The translations under genes were made by a program, and so were the position numbers. Source: Trichosphaerium sp. ATCC 40318 (Eukaryota > Protista > Tubulinea). Taken from it: 64,000 bases of DNA. The stretch is from assembly GCA_038496445.1 (NCBI GenBank), contig JALMLS010000065.1, positions 310,001-374,000 on the forward strand, read 5' to 3'. Each line of letters opens with the position of its first letter. The first letter of the stretch is position 1. Under the pieces are notes generated by a model. That model was not told the DNA's origin, did no database searches, and was given only the letters and a program-made list of their open reading frames with translations. Positions 38,101 through 51,679 of the stretch are shown in pieces.

Positions 38101-40598
38101 ATGCCACAACTTTTACAGCTACTCTGTATAATACTTGTACTGGCATATACAACAGCTGAAGGACCGATAATAGTAGATGTACCCTTTTGGTCTTCAACAA
38201 TAGGCACAGTTAATACTGTAAGCGTCATTATCCCTTTAGAACTACTTTTCACTGTTTGCTAACTTTAAATCACAGCAACCTTCTATTCTCGTTGTTCCAA
38301 ACCCTTACTACCGTCGTGGAAGGTGCGCCAGTATAGTTAAAAGTTTTAAAAGCGTTAACGGCGTTTTAAAGTCCAATATACGACAATTTGTATCAATCTC
38401 TTAAGATACTCAAAGCAGAGCTAGCATCTTTCATGTTTTGGGTCCCGTACCCTGGTTTAGGTGTACCTGCTCTTCATGAACCTTACGGTAACCCTCGTTG
38501 CTCACTGATACCACATGGGAGTGTAGGCCATGTAGACTGTAGTCAGGGCTATATAGACGAGATTGAGGAAGTTTATTTTGGAAATCCTTCGGGCACGTGT
38601 GGGTTAGTATTTTAGGTTTTATTTGGATTCTAGTTCGCAATTTCGTCCACTCACACTGGCGTTGTTACCAGGAACTATAAGGCTGGCTCTTGTGATGATT
38701 TAGAAATCAGAGGAGTAGTTGAGCGTTTGTGTTTGAAACAGAAAAGCTGTTCCCTAGATATGACGAAGGCAATGTCAAGGTAAGACAGAAAACAAAAACC
38801 TGCGCATGTCACTGTAATCTTACAACCCACTTTCCATAGCTCCTCATGTGTCAATGGTACTCTAACAATACAAGCGAGATGCAAGTACGCCACAACTGAA
38901 AGAGAAAGAGTAAAACGAGTTCATAACGTTTTTGTAGCATACACGTGAACAAGTCTTCCTGGGATTTTAGTTACATGGATGAACTTGTTGATGATTTTCT
39001 GGCCGCTCAAGGTGACACTCCCTATATTCTTGATTTTTCAGTCACTCCTAAATGGATGATGAACACCCCACAGAGACAAGAACTAGGTTACAATAGGAAC
39101 GATGTACGTACATGCCTCTACAATCTCGTTGATTTTTTTTAAGGTGCGCTGGGATTACTTCCCTACAGTTGACTTCAGAGATCCTACCTATACTGAACTC
39201 GGAGCTTATAATAAACGGATACTACACTATTACCTTAAAGGTGAGATGACAGACGAATACGGAGTTACATTCAAGAGACCTTCTGGACCTATTAAAACCA
39301 AACACTATCAAGTTCTAAATGAGGTGACAATATTCTAATTTACATCTTCTCCTTCTCAAGCTGATGATGAGTAGCCTGTGAAAGGATCTTGGGTAGAATA
39401 TACCAAACAATATGACGCGATAGTAGGCGCTGTAAAGGACGACTTTCCTGACATGGAATGGATTGGTATTGTCGCTGAACAACTCGGTTCACCAGAGTTT
39501 TACACATATTTTTTGAATAACACAAACCACGCTAAGGTAGACAAACACGTGACATTTTTTCTTTTAGGAACGCCACACTTAATTCATTTTAGGACATTCC
39601 AATATCGTGGGTATCATTCCATTTCTATGGAGGTGCTGGAAACGCAACTTTAGGAAAAGATTTAGAAGAGATGTTTAGAGATTTCGATAGTGCATTTATA
39701 ACAATACAGAACATAAAGCTCATAAGGTTTGATGATCTTTACCTCTCAGCACTATGTAACTACGTATTAACTCTTATCGTTATAGGGATAAGTTAAATCC
39801 AACTGTGAAATTGGCACTAGACGAATTTGTAAGGCTGACAAAGCGGGCGTTTTTTTCAAAAATTGTTGACTAGTATTATTACTGTAGGGAGTAATGTCAG
39901 CGCCAGGAACTCTTTCTGATCTTTACTGGGTTGCATGTGGTTCTTATTATGCATACGGATTCACAAAATTGGGTGTACTTGGTATTGATGCCGTTCATTC
40001 TAGCCAACTCCTTGGATACCCAAGTCAGGTATATCTATTTAACACATGCACTCCACTTTATTTATCTTTACTCTTTAGTATCCAGACGTTACAATGGTAG
40101 ATTGGGTAACAGGTACGCCTCACAATTACAGTAGACTAATTTCTTGTCGCTGTTAACCTTGCACGTGTTTTCTTTTAGGCAAAGGAAACGCTCGGTATTG
40201 GAGTCTTAAACTTATAATTGATACAATTGATGTTGGTAAAGATACCTTTGTAGAAACCTTGCTTTCTTATTCAGAAGAGTACACATGTTTTTACAAGAAT
40301 CGCTTCTTTTTTAATCTCACGATAAATATTAGTATCTTTGCACAAGCTGTGATTAAAGAAAATGGCGACAAGTTGATATTATTAGGAAGCAAGCGTGGAA
40401 TTGTGAGTTTTTGTTCTTTACTTTTAAAACATATTGACTACTTTCTAGCCTTTGACTGTAAAGATTGCAGGTGGTGTGGGAGCTACATTCGAGTATATTG
40501 ACATTACAACTGGAAGTGGTCCTGCAAAAAAGAAACTTCTTTCTACAGACACTTTGACACTTTCAGCCTTTGGTTGGGGGATACTCCATTTAACCTAA
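38101..40598 (+). CDS. Secreted clan GH-A (GH39-like) glycoside hydrolase with an inserted SUEL/galactose-binding lectin domain
   Basis: Signal peptide; lectin insert IEEVYFGNPSGTC|G..GSC..VERLCLKQKSC; SWDFSYMDELV, FSVTPKWM, YQVLNE (acid/base), WVSFHFY, LALDEF|G (nucleophile). Confidence 0.78.
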
Positions 40599-41156
40599 AG
40601 TGGTGTATAAAGTACTTAGTGATTATTCACTAAGTAAGGTCATGTAAGGCCAAAAAATAAAAGATTTAGAAAATCTTAAACAGGTTTGTGTTAAGTATAG
40701 CTAAGACTTCCAAGACTAGTTGTAACAATGGAAAGTTAAGAAGAAATCTGTAATTACGAGTTTTCATACAAAGTCAACTGTAGATTCTTAAATTTTGAAT
40801 GTCATTTGTTGAGTGACACTTTAAAGAAAGTGCGAAGTCGTATGTTGTGTATCTGAAACTAAAATTAAACGATAAGCGCTTGTTATAGATGAAAGTAAGG
40901 CGTAGTCTATCTGGAGGTGATCTTACAAGTAGATACGCCAATCTGTATGGCTCTTCAGCAATAATAAAATCCGTTATCTTGTTTCTGAGTAGCACTACAG
41001 CGTCTCCTATTTACACGTGTATACTTGTTTCCGGGCTGACATATTTTACGCCTCGCTATCAAAAGAAAGTGCTGGCGGCGTACATACATTGTCTTTGTTA
41101 CAAGCCAACGGTACATACATTTGCTTGACTAAAGTGCAAAAAAGCAAAATATTATT

Positions 41157-41228
41157 TGTCTTTCCCTGGAATCGAACCAGGATCTCCTCGGCCACAACGA
41201 GGTGTACTAGCCAGTATACTAGAAGGAC
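41157..41228 (-). tRNA. tRNA-His (GTG)
   Basis: 72-nt cloverleaf GTCCTTC-TA-GTAT..GTAC-A-CCTCG TTGTGGC CGAGG-AGAT-CCTGG TTCGATT CCAGG-GAAAGAC-A; downstream T-run consistent with a Pol III terminator. Confidence 0.95.
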
Positions 41229-41309
41229 ATTTTGTTGATGAAAAATGGAATTTCGCTAGACTCGTTCCGTTGAAGGCATAAACCGGGTAATCTGGTAGCT
41301 GTCAATAGT

Positions 41310-42608
41310 TTATTTGGTTTGTTCTTTGACAACCTACAAAATAAATTAATGGTTGGCCGTAGCAACGAGATACGTACCTTGTAAAAATTGAAAAATTCTT
41401 CTTCTATTATGTGCAGTTTACCACAAATAACGAAACTGTGTAGCGGCGAACCAAAATCACATGTCTTAACTTCTGTAAGCGTACCAGATCCAATTTTTTG
41501 GTCTGGTTGACCTACGCGAGCAACACCAATGCATAGGGCATCGTCAGACAATACTAAAGAATTTTTAGCGCTGTGCCATACTGTTGTTTATCGCAACAAG
41601 AGAAATGAAGCATATTAATAAAATATTTTCAGAAAGCGTGCCTCCTTCTTTGTGTTTCGCTTCTACTTCCATCATTTGTTCTATACAACGACCAATAGAC
41701 ATGTATCGTGGTGGCTCAAATATTTTGTTTCCCCTGTGCTCAGTCAGACAGAGGAAAAAATCGTCAAAAAAATGCATACTTTAAAAGGTTTTCGACAGTT
41801 TGCTCCTTTACTTTTATATCTATTATACTATTAACACTGCCAAAAAATACTATTACAAATACACGTTCGTATGAGTACTGTTTAGAATCTATTTGAGCTC
41901 TACATTGCCCACAAAAAAAAAAAAAAGAAAAAATTTGCAGCGTTTTGAAACAAAAAATACGTACCAAGCAAGCATAATGTATGCAAACCGAGTGCTTTGT
42001 TTTCCTTGATTTTTTGATAGAACGAATCTGGGCGCCATTTCTCATTGAAAAAGCAAATTGACACAGTTTGTCCAAAGTTGTATAATTGTAATCCTGTACG
42101 CAATATTAGATATGTCAATGGTCATTTGGCGTACCTGTACATCCAATTGCGTTCATAATAGACGCATTGTGTATTACTTGTACTTGAATACCTTTTTGTT
42201 GAGCTCTGAGCACCAAGTCGCTGTGTGTAGTAGCTCTACACTTTCTTGAGCATTTCTGCCACAATACGATTTGAAAAATTGATCAGCGCCTATACGTACC
42301 CAAATGGGTCTCCAACGACCAAGAACGCTACATTTTTCTCAATTGCGGAATCAAGAATGGTTTCAGACCCTTGTTCTACCATTTCCCTGTCAGCCAGTGT
42401 AATTTCTTTGCCATAAAACGCTTCCTAAGTTATTTGGTTGGTTTGAGTATATTATAAATGTACTACGCACAAGCTTTTTCTTATCTACTGACAGTATGGA
42501 CGTGTACGCTTCCAAATAAATTGTTTCGCAGGACTTTACAGCCTCAAGGCCTTTAACTGTAATATCTTTCTCATCGCCGAGGCCCAAACCGACCATAAAC
42601 AGTACCAT
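41310..42608 (-). CDS. DPH5: Diphthine methyl ester synthase
   Basis: [41 protein letters not shown]|[38 protein letters not shown]|[24 protein letters not shown]. Confidence 0.97.
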
Positions 42609-42833
42609 TGTAGTTTATTGTAGATAGGAACTGTTGCGTACTTAACAAAAATATCGGCGTACTCGCCGGAAAACATGACTACAATTTACCTAAATAGAAG
42701 CATACAGTACATTTACAAGCGAAACAAGTTGAGAAATGTAATATAATCTCAATTAGAGCATAAACAATATATTTTTTTTCTTCTGGTGTTACAGGGTGAA
42801 ATTTGTACAAGCGGGGGTTTTGGTGTGAGGTAA

Positions 42834-43208
42834 TTAAATGACAGTGTTTGGTGATACGACGAATAGCGTGCAAGAATTCGGTTCTAAAGTAATGACAAAT
42901 TTATCCGTCCATACGCCCAATGAAGTGTTACTTGAGTCCATTATAGATGCTGTCGTTCCTTTTACGAGTCCTGAAAACGAAAAATCAAACCACTGAAAAC
43001 TGGAGAAAAAAAGACTTGAAGCAAAAAGGGCAGTCGCGCCCAATTAAGCTTATAACCCCGTGAATTCTCTAAGGCTTGTATACGTACCCAGATCAAGGAA
43101 ATTAATGTCATTTGTGTGAGCCTCAGTTTCATTATTAAAAACCGCGACAGCAACATCCCCTGAAGGTAGTAGCGTTGTGTATAGTGGATTTTGTGATTTT
43201 AGAGACAT
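42834..43208 (-). CDS. Alpha-galactosidase (GH27) C-terminal beta-sandwich-like domain without a visible catalytic domain (exons 43208-43088 and 42970-42834); possibly partial or a pseudogene
   Basis: LPSGDVAVAVFNN..INFLDLG|L..LGVWTDKFVITLEPNSCTLFVV resembles the Melibiase C-terminal consensus; clean phase-1 intron. Confidence 0.55.
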
Positions 43209-43672
43209 GCTGCGAGTATCAGAGAAACAGAAAACAAAGCTTCCTTAAAACCTTAAGCCAGGCGTTTTTGTACTCCGTGGTGGCACTGAACATCACTCTC
43301 GTGCGGAGGTAAGAGCATATTTCTTCGAAGCGGAGCTATAATGAAAATTTTGCGTGTTTTTTGCCAAGATTGTGTTTTGCAATTACGCAGTAGTACTAAG
43401 GCGCCAAAACTCTTGAATATCTAATATTACTGCGCTCTTAAATTGTTTAATTAATTTATTGTACTCTACAATTTGTACGCGGTCGTGGGGTGCTTACGCG
43501 ATATACGCATAACGCCAGCCATAACTTTTCTTGCCGTCAAGTTTTACGCTTTACCATAACACCTGCTGCTCTATTCGCGTCGTTATATTGTGAAAGCGGT
43601 AACGGTTGACTTTGTGAAACCGTTTTTTTTTTTCTTTCTTTTTGGTTTTAATTACTTCCACAGTAAGCCACA

Positions 43673-46600
43673 ATGTCTTCATTACGTTACCTGTGCGTAG
43701 TGTGTATTATTGTAGCACTGGCCGCTTCCAGCGGGCTACAAGATGATCCTATAGAAGGAGAAGCAATACAATACCTAGATGGCGTTTGGACGGCTTCAAA
43801 CGGTGGTTCTTTATCTATAGACGGCAACGTACGCTAACTCCATTCAAAAAATACGTTGGGCCAATAAAAGGCGCTCAGGTAGTTGTACTGAACCCTTTTA
43901 ATTGTCTATTCTTAAAACGGGCCATAAAAGCCAGTGATAATTCCATCGAAAAGTTTTCGCAAATGTTATCACGTGCCGCTCGTTTTTCAGTTTTACGGCT
44001 TACTTGAGGTTTTCTTCTCATTCTCTAGCTCTTAAATGTATTATTGATACTTGGGTAGGTTCCAGGAGACTTGATTACAGATCTACATAGAGCTGGGAAG
44101 GTTGGTGATCCAATTTACGAAGAAAATTGGCTAAAGGATAGTGATGTTTGGAGCGGCTCAGATTGGACGTATTCAACTCAATTTACTATAAAGAAAACGC
44201 GTATGGGAAAAACGTTAGTACACAATACAACTGACACGCTTGATTTTAGAAAATACTAAAGCAACATGGCTTGTATTTGACGGCGTAAAGATGGGTGCTT
44301 TTGTCTTTCTAAACGGCAAAAAAGTAGGCGAGGTTAGCGACCAGTTTCTCCGATACGAATTTCCTGTCTCGACAATGCTTGAAGCGACAAATAAACTAAG
44401 CTTGGTGTTCCCTAAAAACAATACTCCTGACTGCGAGGGTAGATATATGGCCTGTACAGGTACTAAGCGCAAAAAATCAAACGTTTTATTTATTGTTCAA
44501 AAGGTGGATGGGATTGGGCGCCGTACTCAAACACACTTGACCAACATGGTTCCCATACACTCTCTAAGGGTATTTGGAAGTCTGTGTATTTAGTACAAAT
44601 CGCAGATGCTGCAATCACAAACATTGTACCTCAAATCAAATACCTTGGTGATTATCCAACAGAACCTCTCACAGATAGCCATGAAGGGTTTACTGTTAAC
44701 ACAAGGCTTTATCTCTTTGTACCAGAGGATGTTACAGGATCCCTAGAGATAACTAGTTCATGGGGAGGTCATTTAAACAAGCCAGTCTCACTCAAGGCTG
44801 GTGCTACCTACTTAGACTTTAGTGTTCCTGCCATGGGCGTAAAACTATGGTGGCCTGCTGGTTCTGGTGGACAAACACTTTATCACATGACTGCAACAGT
44901 CACAGGACCAAAATCAAAGGTGTCAATCACAAGACGTATTGGATTCCGCGTTTTCGCCCTTGTAACTGCAAACGATACTGTACCTGGAGACTTGAAAGGT
45001 ATTAACAAAAAACTAATCCTAGTTGTTGATTGTTTTATAACACGTGATTTCTTATTTAGGTAAGGACGGAAGTGGCACTGATACGATGAGATTTAGAGTG
45101 AATGGAGCTAATATTTTCGCTCGTGGAGCCAATATGATTCCAATGGAGGAATTTGAAGGAAGAGCTAATGATGCTGCATTTATTCGTCTAGTACAGAGTG
45201 CTAAGGATGGTAATATGAATATTCTTAGAGTTTGGGGAGGCGGTATCTTCTTGTACGTCGACACTTTCTGCAAAGTTGGTCGCAAAAATATTGTATTGGG
45301 TTTAACTTTGCTCTTTAGGTATAACGCTTTTTATGATGCTTGTGACGAGTTAGGTATTTTGTTATATCATGATATGATGTACGCACAAAATGGACACGCG
45401 CCAACAAACAGTACAAAACAAGCTAACGAAATAGCGCATCAGGTTAGGCATATCTTTTACGTTAAACAGTGTTAACTTTTTTTTCTTGACAGGTGAAGAG
45501 ATTGTCTCATCATCCATCTATCATTATTTGGGATGCTTGCAACGAGTGTAACGGTGGTGGATTATATGCTTCCTTCGTAACTGCTCAAGTTATAAAAGTA
45601 GATCAATCTAGACCAGTATGGCCATCAAGTCCTTCAGGTGGTTGGAATGCAGGTAATAAAATACTGCTTTTAAGATTTATTCTCACTTTTGTCTTAAAGG
45701 TGTTGAGCGCCTTTATGGTTTACCAGATGGTGTCAAACTTAATCCTCGCGGAAGAAGTCCTATTGAGACACATGGACCATATCAACATGGAAACGGATAC
45801 CCAGGAGGTGCTGTGAATGGAGGCGACAAATTAAGTGCGTTTTTTATTGAGGTTAAACAAATGTAGTGATTCGTGTTGTTTTTTAATTTATTCTTAGTTC
45901 TCTTTCCTTCAAACATTCCACCAGCATTAAAAATTGCGCCTATGAGTATTCATCTCAAAGGAACATTTGCAAGTGAATTTGGATGCGTTGCTATGAGTTC
46001 ATTTGAATCAATGAGCAAGACGCTAACAGGTAAAACGCCAAAATAAAATACTGCTGTTAACATGTCTTTTACAGGCCCTAAGGATTGGTCTCTCCATTCT
46101 CCTCCAATGAAACAAAGAAACTACCCTTGTGATAATATCATAATAGTTTATTGGGGACAACAGAACTTTAGCGAGTATGGTGAACAAGCTTTTAAAAAGC
46201 AGTTATACCAATGCCTTATTGGACAAGCACTTAACTTAAAATCAAATGTTGAAGTTAGACGTGCTACTAATAACTTTGGTACTATTATCTGGCAATACAA
46301 TGAAATATGGCCAACAGGCGGATGGGGTTCCATCGAATATGGTACAAATCGATACCTTTCCAGAACCAATCACAAAGAATTGTTTTTTTTTTTGACTTCA
46401 AACAAAAATAAGAAAAAAGAAAGAAATGCATCTTTTTTGACTTTTATGTTAGGTACACCTGTTCCAGGACAAGTTATTGGAGGTAGATGGAAACCTTCTC
46501 ATTATTTTTACAAGGCTTCAGTGTTTACAGATATTATCGCTAGTTGCGGTGCAGATGGTTACTGTTTTGTGAAAAACGACGGAATTTCTGCTTTTAAAGG

Positions 46601-47273
46601 AAGTTTAAGTTTCGACCTTGTTCATTTCGACACTGGTAAAGTAGATTCTATTATTCCAAAATTAGATCTTGACATGAAGCCTGGATGTGCTGTAATGGAA
46701 GGATTTTGTATTAAGGTACAAACAATCAATGTTCAGGAGACTTCCTCTCGTAAACATCAAAAAATGTTGGTGCATTTTTTTACTTATTTTTTTTTTAGTC
46801 AAACGAGGGTGCCGAGTGCTGGTCTTTATCAAAGATTTTCGACTACTATACCTGTCCTAAAGGCGGATCTGATTGTATTGCTGTCATTACTGTAACAGAT
46901 AATACAAACAATGTTGTTATGAAGAACGTACTAGCATTAGACGTACCAGGATCAATGAACTTGCAAAAAGCAAACATTAAATTCACTATCAAACAAGACG
47001 GTGATAATGCGATGATTTCTATAACAACTGATGCTGTAGCTGCCTACGTAGTATTGACTACTGAATCTCCTGGTAGATTCAGCGACAACGCATTCTTGCT
47101 CATGCCAGGTCAGTTTTAAACTTTTTTTTTTGTCTTGATTTTTTTGAAGTGTTTTCAAGTATCCTTACTTCTTATTAGGAACAACTGATATTGAATTCTT
47201 ACCATTTGGAAAATTGGATATGGATCTCTTAACAAAGACTTTAAGGCTTGAGCATGCACAAGAGTACTTGTAA
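43673..47273 (+). CDS. MANBA: Beta-mannosidase (GH2), secreted/lysosomal
   Basis: Signal peptide; VPGDLITDL, LVFDGV, DWAP, KLWWP, IGFR, IFARGANMIP, MNILRVWGGG, FYDACDELGIL, RLSHHPSIIIWDACNE, FASEFG, IWQYNEIWP, GRFSDNAF. Confidence 0.93.
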
Positions 47274-47373
47274 AAAACACAACAACGAATTAATAAAGCC
47301 AATAATTGATTGGCTGCAGTTAATCCCAACAATTAAGACAAGGTTGAATGAACTACTCCAATATCTTTAGCTT

Positions 47374-50300
47374 TTATTTGCAACAGTGTACACCTCTTTT
47401 TCGGTAACAATTAAGTCCTTCAACACCTTTGTCTGTAACATTAGGGCAATTGTAGAACCTAAGGGAATGTACATCTTTCAATGCTCTAACTCCTTTGTCT
47501 GATATTGAAGTCCCACTAAGATCAAGTGTATGTACACCTGTAAGTGCTTTGACACCTTCATCTGTCACATTTCTGCATTGACGAAGATAGATGGTATGGA
47601 CGTTTGTGAGAGATTTGAGACCTGCATCTGTTACTGAAGTATAGCTCAGGTTAATAGTATGGACATTTTTAAGTGCTTTAACTCCTTCATCAGTTATCTG
47701 TGCACAACCCCCAAGGCTAATTTTGTATATGTCTTTGAGAACTTTGAGACTGTTGTCTGTAACTCGAGTGAAGTCGAGTCGAATTTCATATACACCCTTT
47801 AGTGCTTTTATACCTTCATCTGTCACTCTTTCACAGCTACATAAGCTAATGGTATGAACACCCTTTAATGCTTTGATGCCTTCATCAGTAATTGCATTAC
47901 AGTAACTAAGGTCAATGTCATATACTCCAGCAAGTGATTTAATACCTTCGTCACTCACCTTATTACAACTATCAAGGTCGATTGTATGTACTCCTTTGAG
48001 TGCTTTAAGGTCGCTGTCATTGATCTTATCAGTACACCAAATGGTTGTAGAACATGCTATGATTTTACGACATCCAAATAACATTGAATGCAATGTGTTT
48101 TGTTCCATGCCACATAATTCAATTTCAGTATTGTTCATAACACCCTTGTACTGTCGTATCTTTAATATATCTTGAACACTGTGTAAATAAGCATGATGAT
48201 AGCCAACAACATCATGTATGATATCAGCCATCAAACAACATGTTTGAGCAATACTGAATCTGTTGTGTACATAGGAAATGATATTCGAAATAATCTCTGG
48301 TGGAAAGTCAAGAATATTTAGTTCTTTGTGTGTTACCACGTGATTTTTTCTGGGATTATTAAGTAAGTACAATCAGACTTAAAATGTGTTGGTAGCTCTG
48401 CTCAGACGTACTTCTTTGTTTGTTTGTATTTTGGCAAGATAACGCCCTCAGAATGTTCCGTACATTGATCTTTTCTGTTTATGTCATTATCTGCATGTTT
48501 ATAGAGAACTTGATCCAATTGTTGTGCTAAACTTGTATTTGATGCGTTTAAAACCTTATCAAGCTGTTTTATTAGTATTTCATGGTTATTTGCTGTAATT
48601 GTATTGAAAACAACTGAATGGTTACTATGATAATACGTCAGCACTTGTTCTATTGATACACCCAAAAAATTCATTGTGACTTGTTGCTGCAACCGTTGAT
48701 GTACTGTTGAACTGTTTTGGGGATTTTCCCAACCAAACATGTGAATTACAACTATGCCTCCTTGTCTGTGCCACACTCACAAAGAGGGAAGAGCAAGTAG
48801 TTTTGGGATTGCGCATATCCTGTAGTGATTGTGTCAATGAGTAACCGCCCAAAATTAAGGGTACCCAAAGAGGCACAAATTTTGAAATTAGGTGTTTTAT
48901 TTAATAGTGTACAGGTTTTATTCCTCTTAATTGTCTACTGAAAGTACTATTTCTAATTCTATATTATCAGTTAATGGTGTATACTCAAAAGTAGCTGAAT
49001 GCTTTACAGTTTGTACAAATTCACTTGTGGTTTTTTCAAAACCACAAAAAAGAGAAAAATGTGATGTTCGAGCATTTGCTTCAATGTTTTTTTTAAAGGT
49101 TATGATATAAGGAACACGTAGAATATCTTGTTTTTCAAGTGGAAGACAAGATACTTTCAACATAGCCGTAGTAAATTCGCAATTAATTTGCCTATAAAAG
49201 AAGACTCAGCGAGCAGACTTAGCTAGAAGAAAAAAAAAAGTAAACTTTGACTGCACGTGCCATAATATCCCTGCAGCGTATTTAACGAAATTGAAAGATT
49301 CTCTAGTAATATCTAACTTTATACTAATAGAAGATTTATGACCTTTTGATGAAGGTTTAGGTGCTGCCATTAACCTAACGCAAAATCAAAAATTAAGAGA
49401 ATAACAAGAAAAAAAAAGTAAGTTGACGCACTTTGCGTTGAATACTTGCTTATAAGCATTCTTATTCAAATCTGAGAACCCTCTATACATCATAGTAGTA
49501 TTATCAGGAAAATAACCATAACAAACATCACCCCACACATCTTTCCACCAATAATTTCTTGAATCCGATTTCTTCCATAAATAAAAAGCAAAAACGCAAG
49601 GTAAACTTTTTTCTATTTCTTTCGCAAGAACATAGTGCCCAGCCATACCTATAACATCAATCAATACCAAGCAAACATAAACAATATAACGTACATGCTA
49701 GAAGCCATATATCAGCTGAAGAGTTGATGTATTTTACTTGACTTCCTTCCTTGTAGTCTGTCCACATGAACTCAATAATCGCATGTGGAAGAAGAAACTG
49801 TACGTCATTATCGAAGCAATACTGAAGAATCCCTGAAGTTGTACAGCATAATTTTACAATACCGTCAATAAGTATAGAGTAAAGTTCAGGTTCACATTTA
49901 GTAGCTAACATTGGTAGATCAGAAATAGGGCCAGCTAGTATGAGCATTTTAGTGAATGATACTACATCTTTGGATTTTATCTATTCGAAGGCAAAAAGTT
50001 AATCGAAAAAAAAAACTGATCATGTGATTTGCACGTGCCCTTTTTAATGTTTCTAAAACGGATATACGTATTTTATTTCCTTCCTTTGCAAGTTCTTGTA
50101 AAGCCACAGAGGTGTCATTCGTCGATAGTACGTTTAAAAGCGAAAGAGCAGATTCTACATTTTCATTTTCATGCAAGATGTAAGTATACGGCTCATCCGC
50201 TTTGAGCGCTTCTAGCTTCTCTGTGAAGTATCTATATAATGTGCTTAACCTCTTTATTGTGTTCTTAACGGTATTAAATGCAATATGACGTACGTGGAGT

Positions 50301-50448
50301 TAATGGAAAGGAGCATTTTTGAAGAACGTGTGTAAGCCAATGTAGGACCATTTTCTTTCTGTATATTAATTGCGAGATCACAAAACCCTTCTCTTCCAAC
50401 AAAGTACGGTAACGTTCTTAGCGGTACACTATTTTTACATAAAAACAT
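47374..50448 (-). CDS. Multi-exon unknown protein whose last exon (48349-47374) is an intronless F-box plus LRR unit; middle exon joins uncertain
   Basis: ILDFPPEIISNIISYV plus about 10 LKGVHTIxLxxCxxITDEGIKA repeats with no ATG of their own before the F-box; phase-2 intron 48411-48350 links the upstream ORF; further exons traced to ATG 50448. Confidence 0.65.
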
Positions 50449-50866
50449 TTAAAAACCGTGCATATGAAGGTTTTATAGAGCGCACGTGCGTGAAATAGCT
50501 TCAACGTCGTGTTTTTCATGTTTTATTTCTATTTTCTGTCGTTTTACTAGTACGTCTTTTATATCTTTACAATCACCACTTTTTTTACGTTTACATGGGA
50601 TATTGTGTGACATGTCGAAAAAAAAAAACGGAATAACACAAACACTGTCTTAACTCAATTAAGTTTGGTACAATTGTAGAGCCAAGCCAAGTTGTTGAAG
50701 TGGCTTTATTAACATCTCGCGTTCGTACAATAAAGACATAGCGTAGTTAAATACTGAGAACAAAGTTTCTACAAGCGAGTATTCCGCCGTTCTTGCATCC
50801 TTTGTTTCCCTTTGCTACAAGCCGAATAAACACGTATTGTTGTAGTTTGTTTTACATACAATTATG

Positions 50867-51049
50867 CTAGTAGCATCTGTAACCGTAGCATCCATGGTTT
50901 GGACGGCAGATTGTTGGACGAGGAGGGTGGCACGGGCGTGGAGGTGGGCATGAAGGTCTGCAAATTGATGGTCTACAACCTCCTCCGCAAGAAATGCTAG
51001 GGCGTGGGCAAGGGTTGTAACAAGGGCGATGACATCCGTAGTAAGACAT
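50867..51049 (-). CDS. 60-aa Arg-Pro/Cys/Tyr-rich peptide, copy 2
   Basis: MSYYGCHRPCYNPCPRPSISCGGGCRPSICRPSCPPPRPCHPPRPTICRPNHGCYGYRCY; 52/60 identical to copy 1. Confidence 0.88.
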   Translation of the reverse strand: MSYYGCHRPCYNPCPRPSISCGGGCRPSICRPSCPPPRPCHPPRPTICRPNHGCYGYRCY

Positions 51050-51679
51050 GTTGCTGTATGTTTGTGTTTTGAGTAAATTTGTTTGTGAGTTAAGCAAGGC
51101 CTTGAGACATTTGTATTATGGCCTTGTATGAAGGCATAACATGTTTGTAGAAGAAAAGAATACTAATGTCACTACTCACCAAAGCAAGATTATAAAACAG
51201 CCGTCAAATACGTTTGTTGACTTGGTTTAAGAGCTGGTTTTTACCGTTGAGTTTATGTGAATCAGGTGAGTAGTATCTTAGCGTTTTTGCTTAGGAACAG
51301 AATAGACGCTTGTTTGAGATATTTTGGAGCCCGGTGAAACGTGACAACTGCAAAATTTCCTAGTTTACTACAAACAGGCTATTGACGTTGAGAACATAAT
51401 CATGTAGGGCATGAGAGTGTTGCCAAGAGTTATTAAAACTGTTATCAAAACAAAATCTGAACGAACACAAAGCACGTTAACGTCTATTCTTGTAAGATGT
51501 CAACGCATGGGTTAACACTATGAACGCTTTTAAACACTATTTCAAAGTAATACGACTAAGAAAAATTATCTGTCATTAATCTTTAAACGGAGGTATCTCA
51601 CAAAAACACACGCCTTAACAACGTGTCGAATATCTTCATTTCTCATCATCCACCCAAACAACAAACAACAACTCTCATA

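Noticed and set aside
49657-49947. Protein kinase (SADIW resembles subdomain IX)
   Set aside because: No Gly-rich loop, HRD or DFG motifs in neighbouring exons
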